Assembly (NCBI RefSeq): GCF_035084215.1
Contig: NC_090330.1
Location: 28,582,001-28,646,000, forward strand
DNA length: 64,000 bases
Direction: 5' to 3'
Source: Heptranchias perlo
Taxonomy: Eukaryota
The translations under genes were made by a program, and so were the position numbers. Below, piece by piece: positions 63,033 through 64,000 of this stretch. The notes below the pieces were generated by a model. That model was given only the letters and a program-made list of their open reading frames with translations. It searched no databases and was not told the origin of the DNA. Every line of letters starts with the position of its first letter. Position 1 is the stretch's first letter.

Positions 63033-64000
63033 GTAAGAACATAAGAACATAAGAAATAGGAGCAGGAGTAGGCCAATCGGCCCCTCGAGCCTGCTCCACC
63101 ATTCAATAAGATCATGGCTGATCTGATCCTAACCTCAAATCTAAATTCATGTCCAATTTCCTGCCCGCTCCCCGTAACCCCTAATTCCCTTTACTTCTAG
63201 GAAACTGTCTATTTCTGTTTTAAATTTATTTAATGATGTAGCTTCCACAGCTTCCTGGGGCAGCAAATTCCATAGACCTACTACCCTCTGAGTGAAGAAG
63301 TTTCTCCTCATCTCAGTTTTGAAAGAGCAGCCCCTTATTCTAAGATTATGCCCCCTAGTTCTAGTTTCACCCATCCTTGGGAACATCCTTACCGCATCCA
63401 CCCGATCAAGCCCCTTCACAATCTTATATGTTTCAATAAGATTGTCTCTCATTCTTCTGAACTCCAATGAGTAGAGTCCCAATCTACTCAACCTCTCCTC
63501 ATATGTCCACCCCCTCATCCCCGGGATTAACCGAGTGAACCTTCTTTGTACTGCCTCGAGAGCAAGTATGTCTTTTCTTAAGTATGGAGACCAAAACTGT
63601 ATGCAGTATTCCAGGTGCGGTCTCACCAATACCTTATATAACTGCAGCAATACCTCTCTGTTTTTATATTCTATCCCCCGAGCAATAAAAGCCAACATTC
63701 CGTTGGCCTTCTTGATCACCTGCTGCACCTGCAAACTAACTTTTTGATTTTCTTGCACTAGGACCCCCAGATCCCTTTGTACTGCAGTACTTTCCAGTTG
63801 CTCGCCATTAAGATAATAACTTGCTCTCTGATTTTTCCTGCCAAAGTGCATAACCTCACATTTTCCAATATTGTATTGCATCTGCCAAATCTCCGCCCAC
63901 TCACCCAGCCTGTCTGTATCCCCTTGTAGGTTTTTTATGTCCTCCTCTCTCTCTACTTTCCCTCCCATCTTTGTATCATCTGCAAACTTTGATATGTTAC
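63033..64000 (-). mobile_element. Young CR1 LINE 3' part with uninterrupted ORF2 C-terminus, running off the window
   Basis: open frame 63147-63968 (273 aa), [13 protein letters not shown]; (taagaaca)n tail. Confidence 0.95.

Overview
Vertebrate genomic DNA, most likely a shark or other cartilaginous fish (inferred from CR1 LINE families with elasmobranch-type tails, Deu-type and LF-type SINEs and Harbinger elements). The window lies inside the + strand gene flt1 (VEGFR1). Coding exons 2-7, encoding Ig domains 1-3, were reconstructed by hand with canonical AG/GT sites and continuous phase. They closely resemble human FLT1 in sequence and exon size (human values recalled from memory). Exon 1 was not found and is probably just upstream, since the first ~1.3 kb looks like a CpG-island shore. 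The introns are dense in CR1/L2 fragments, SINEs and PIF/Harbinger DNA transposons. These include a decayed two-gene (transposase + Myb/SANT) element and four young ~2.05-kb non-autonomous copies with TIRs and 3-bp TSDs that keep only the 5' halves of both genes. The four copies form two nested inverted pairs, and one pair brackets the frame-symmetric exons 5-6 (297 nt). Other oddities are a 1.5-kb templated insertion flanked by a 176-bp duplication, a 28-bp fold-back hairpin, a probably 5'-inverted CR1, a 24-bp CpG/G4 minisatellite inside a MITE, and a duplicated motif module in intron 1. No wholly new gene system is demonstrable from sequence alone. Repeat boundaries are approximate unless TIRs/TSDs are given.
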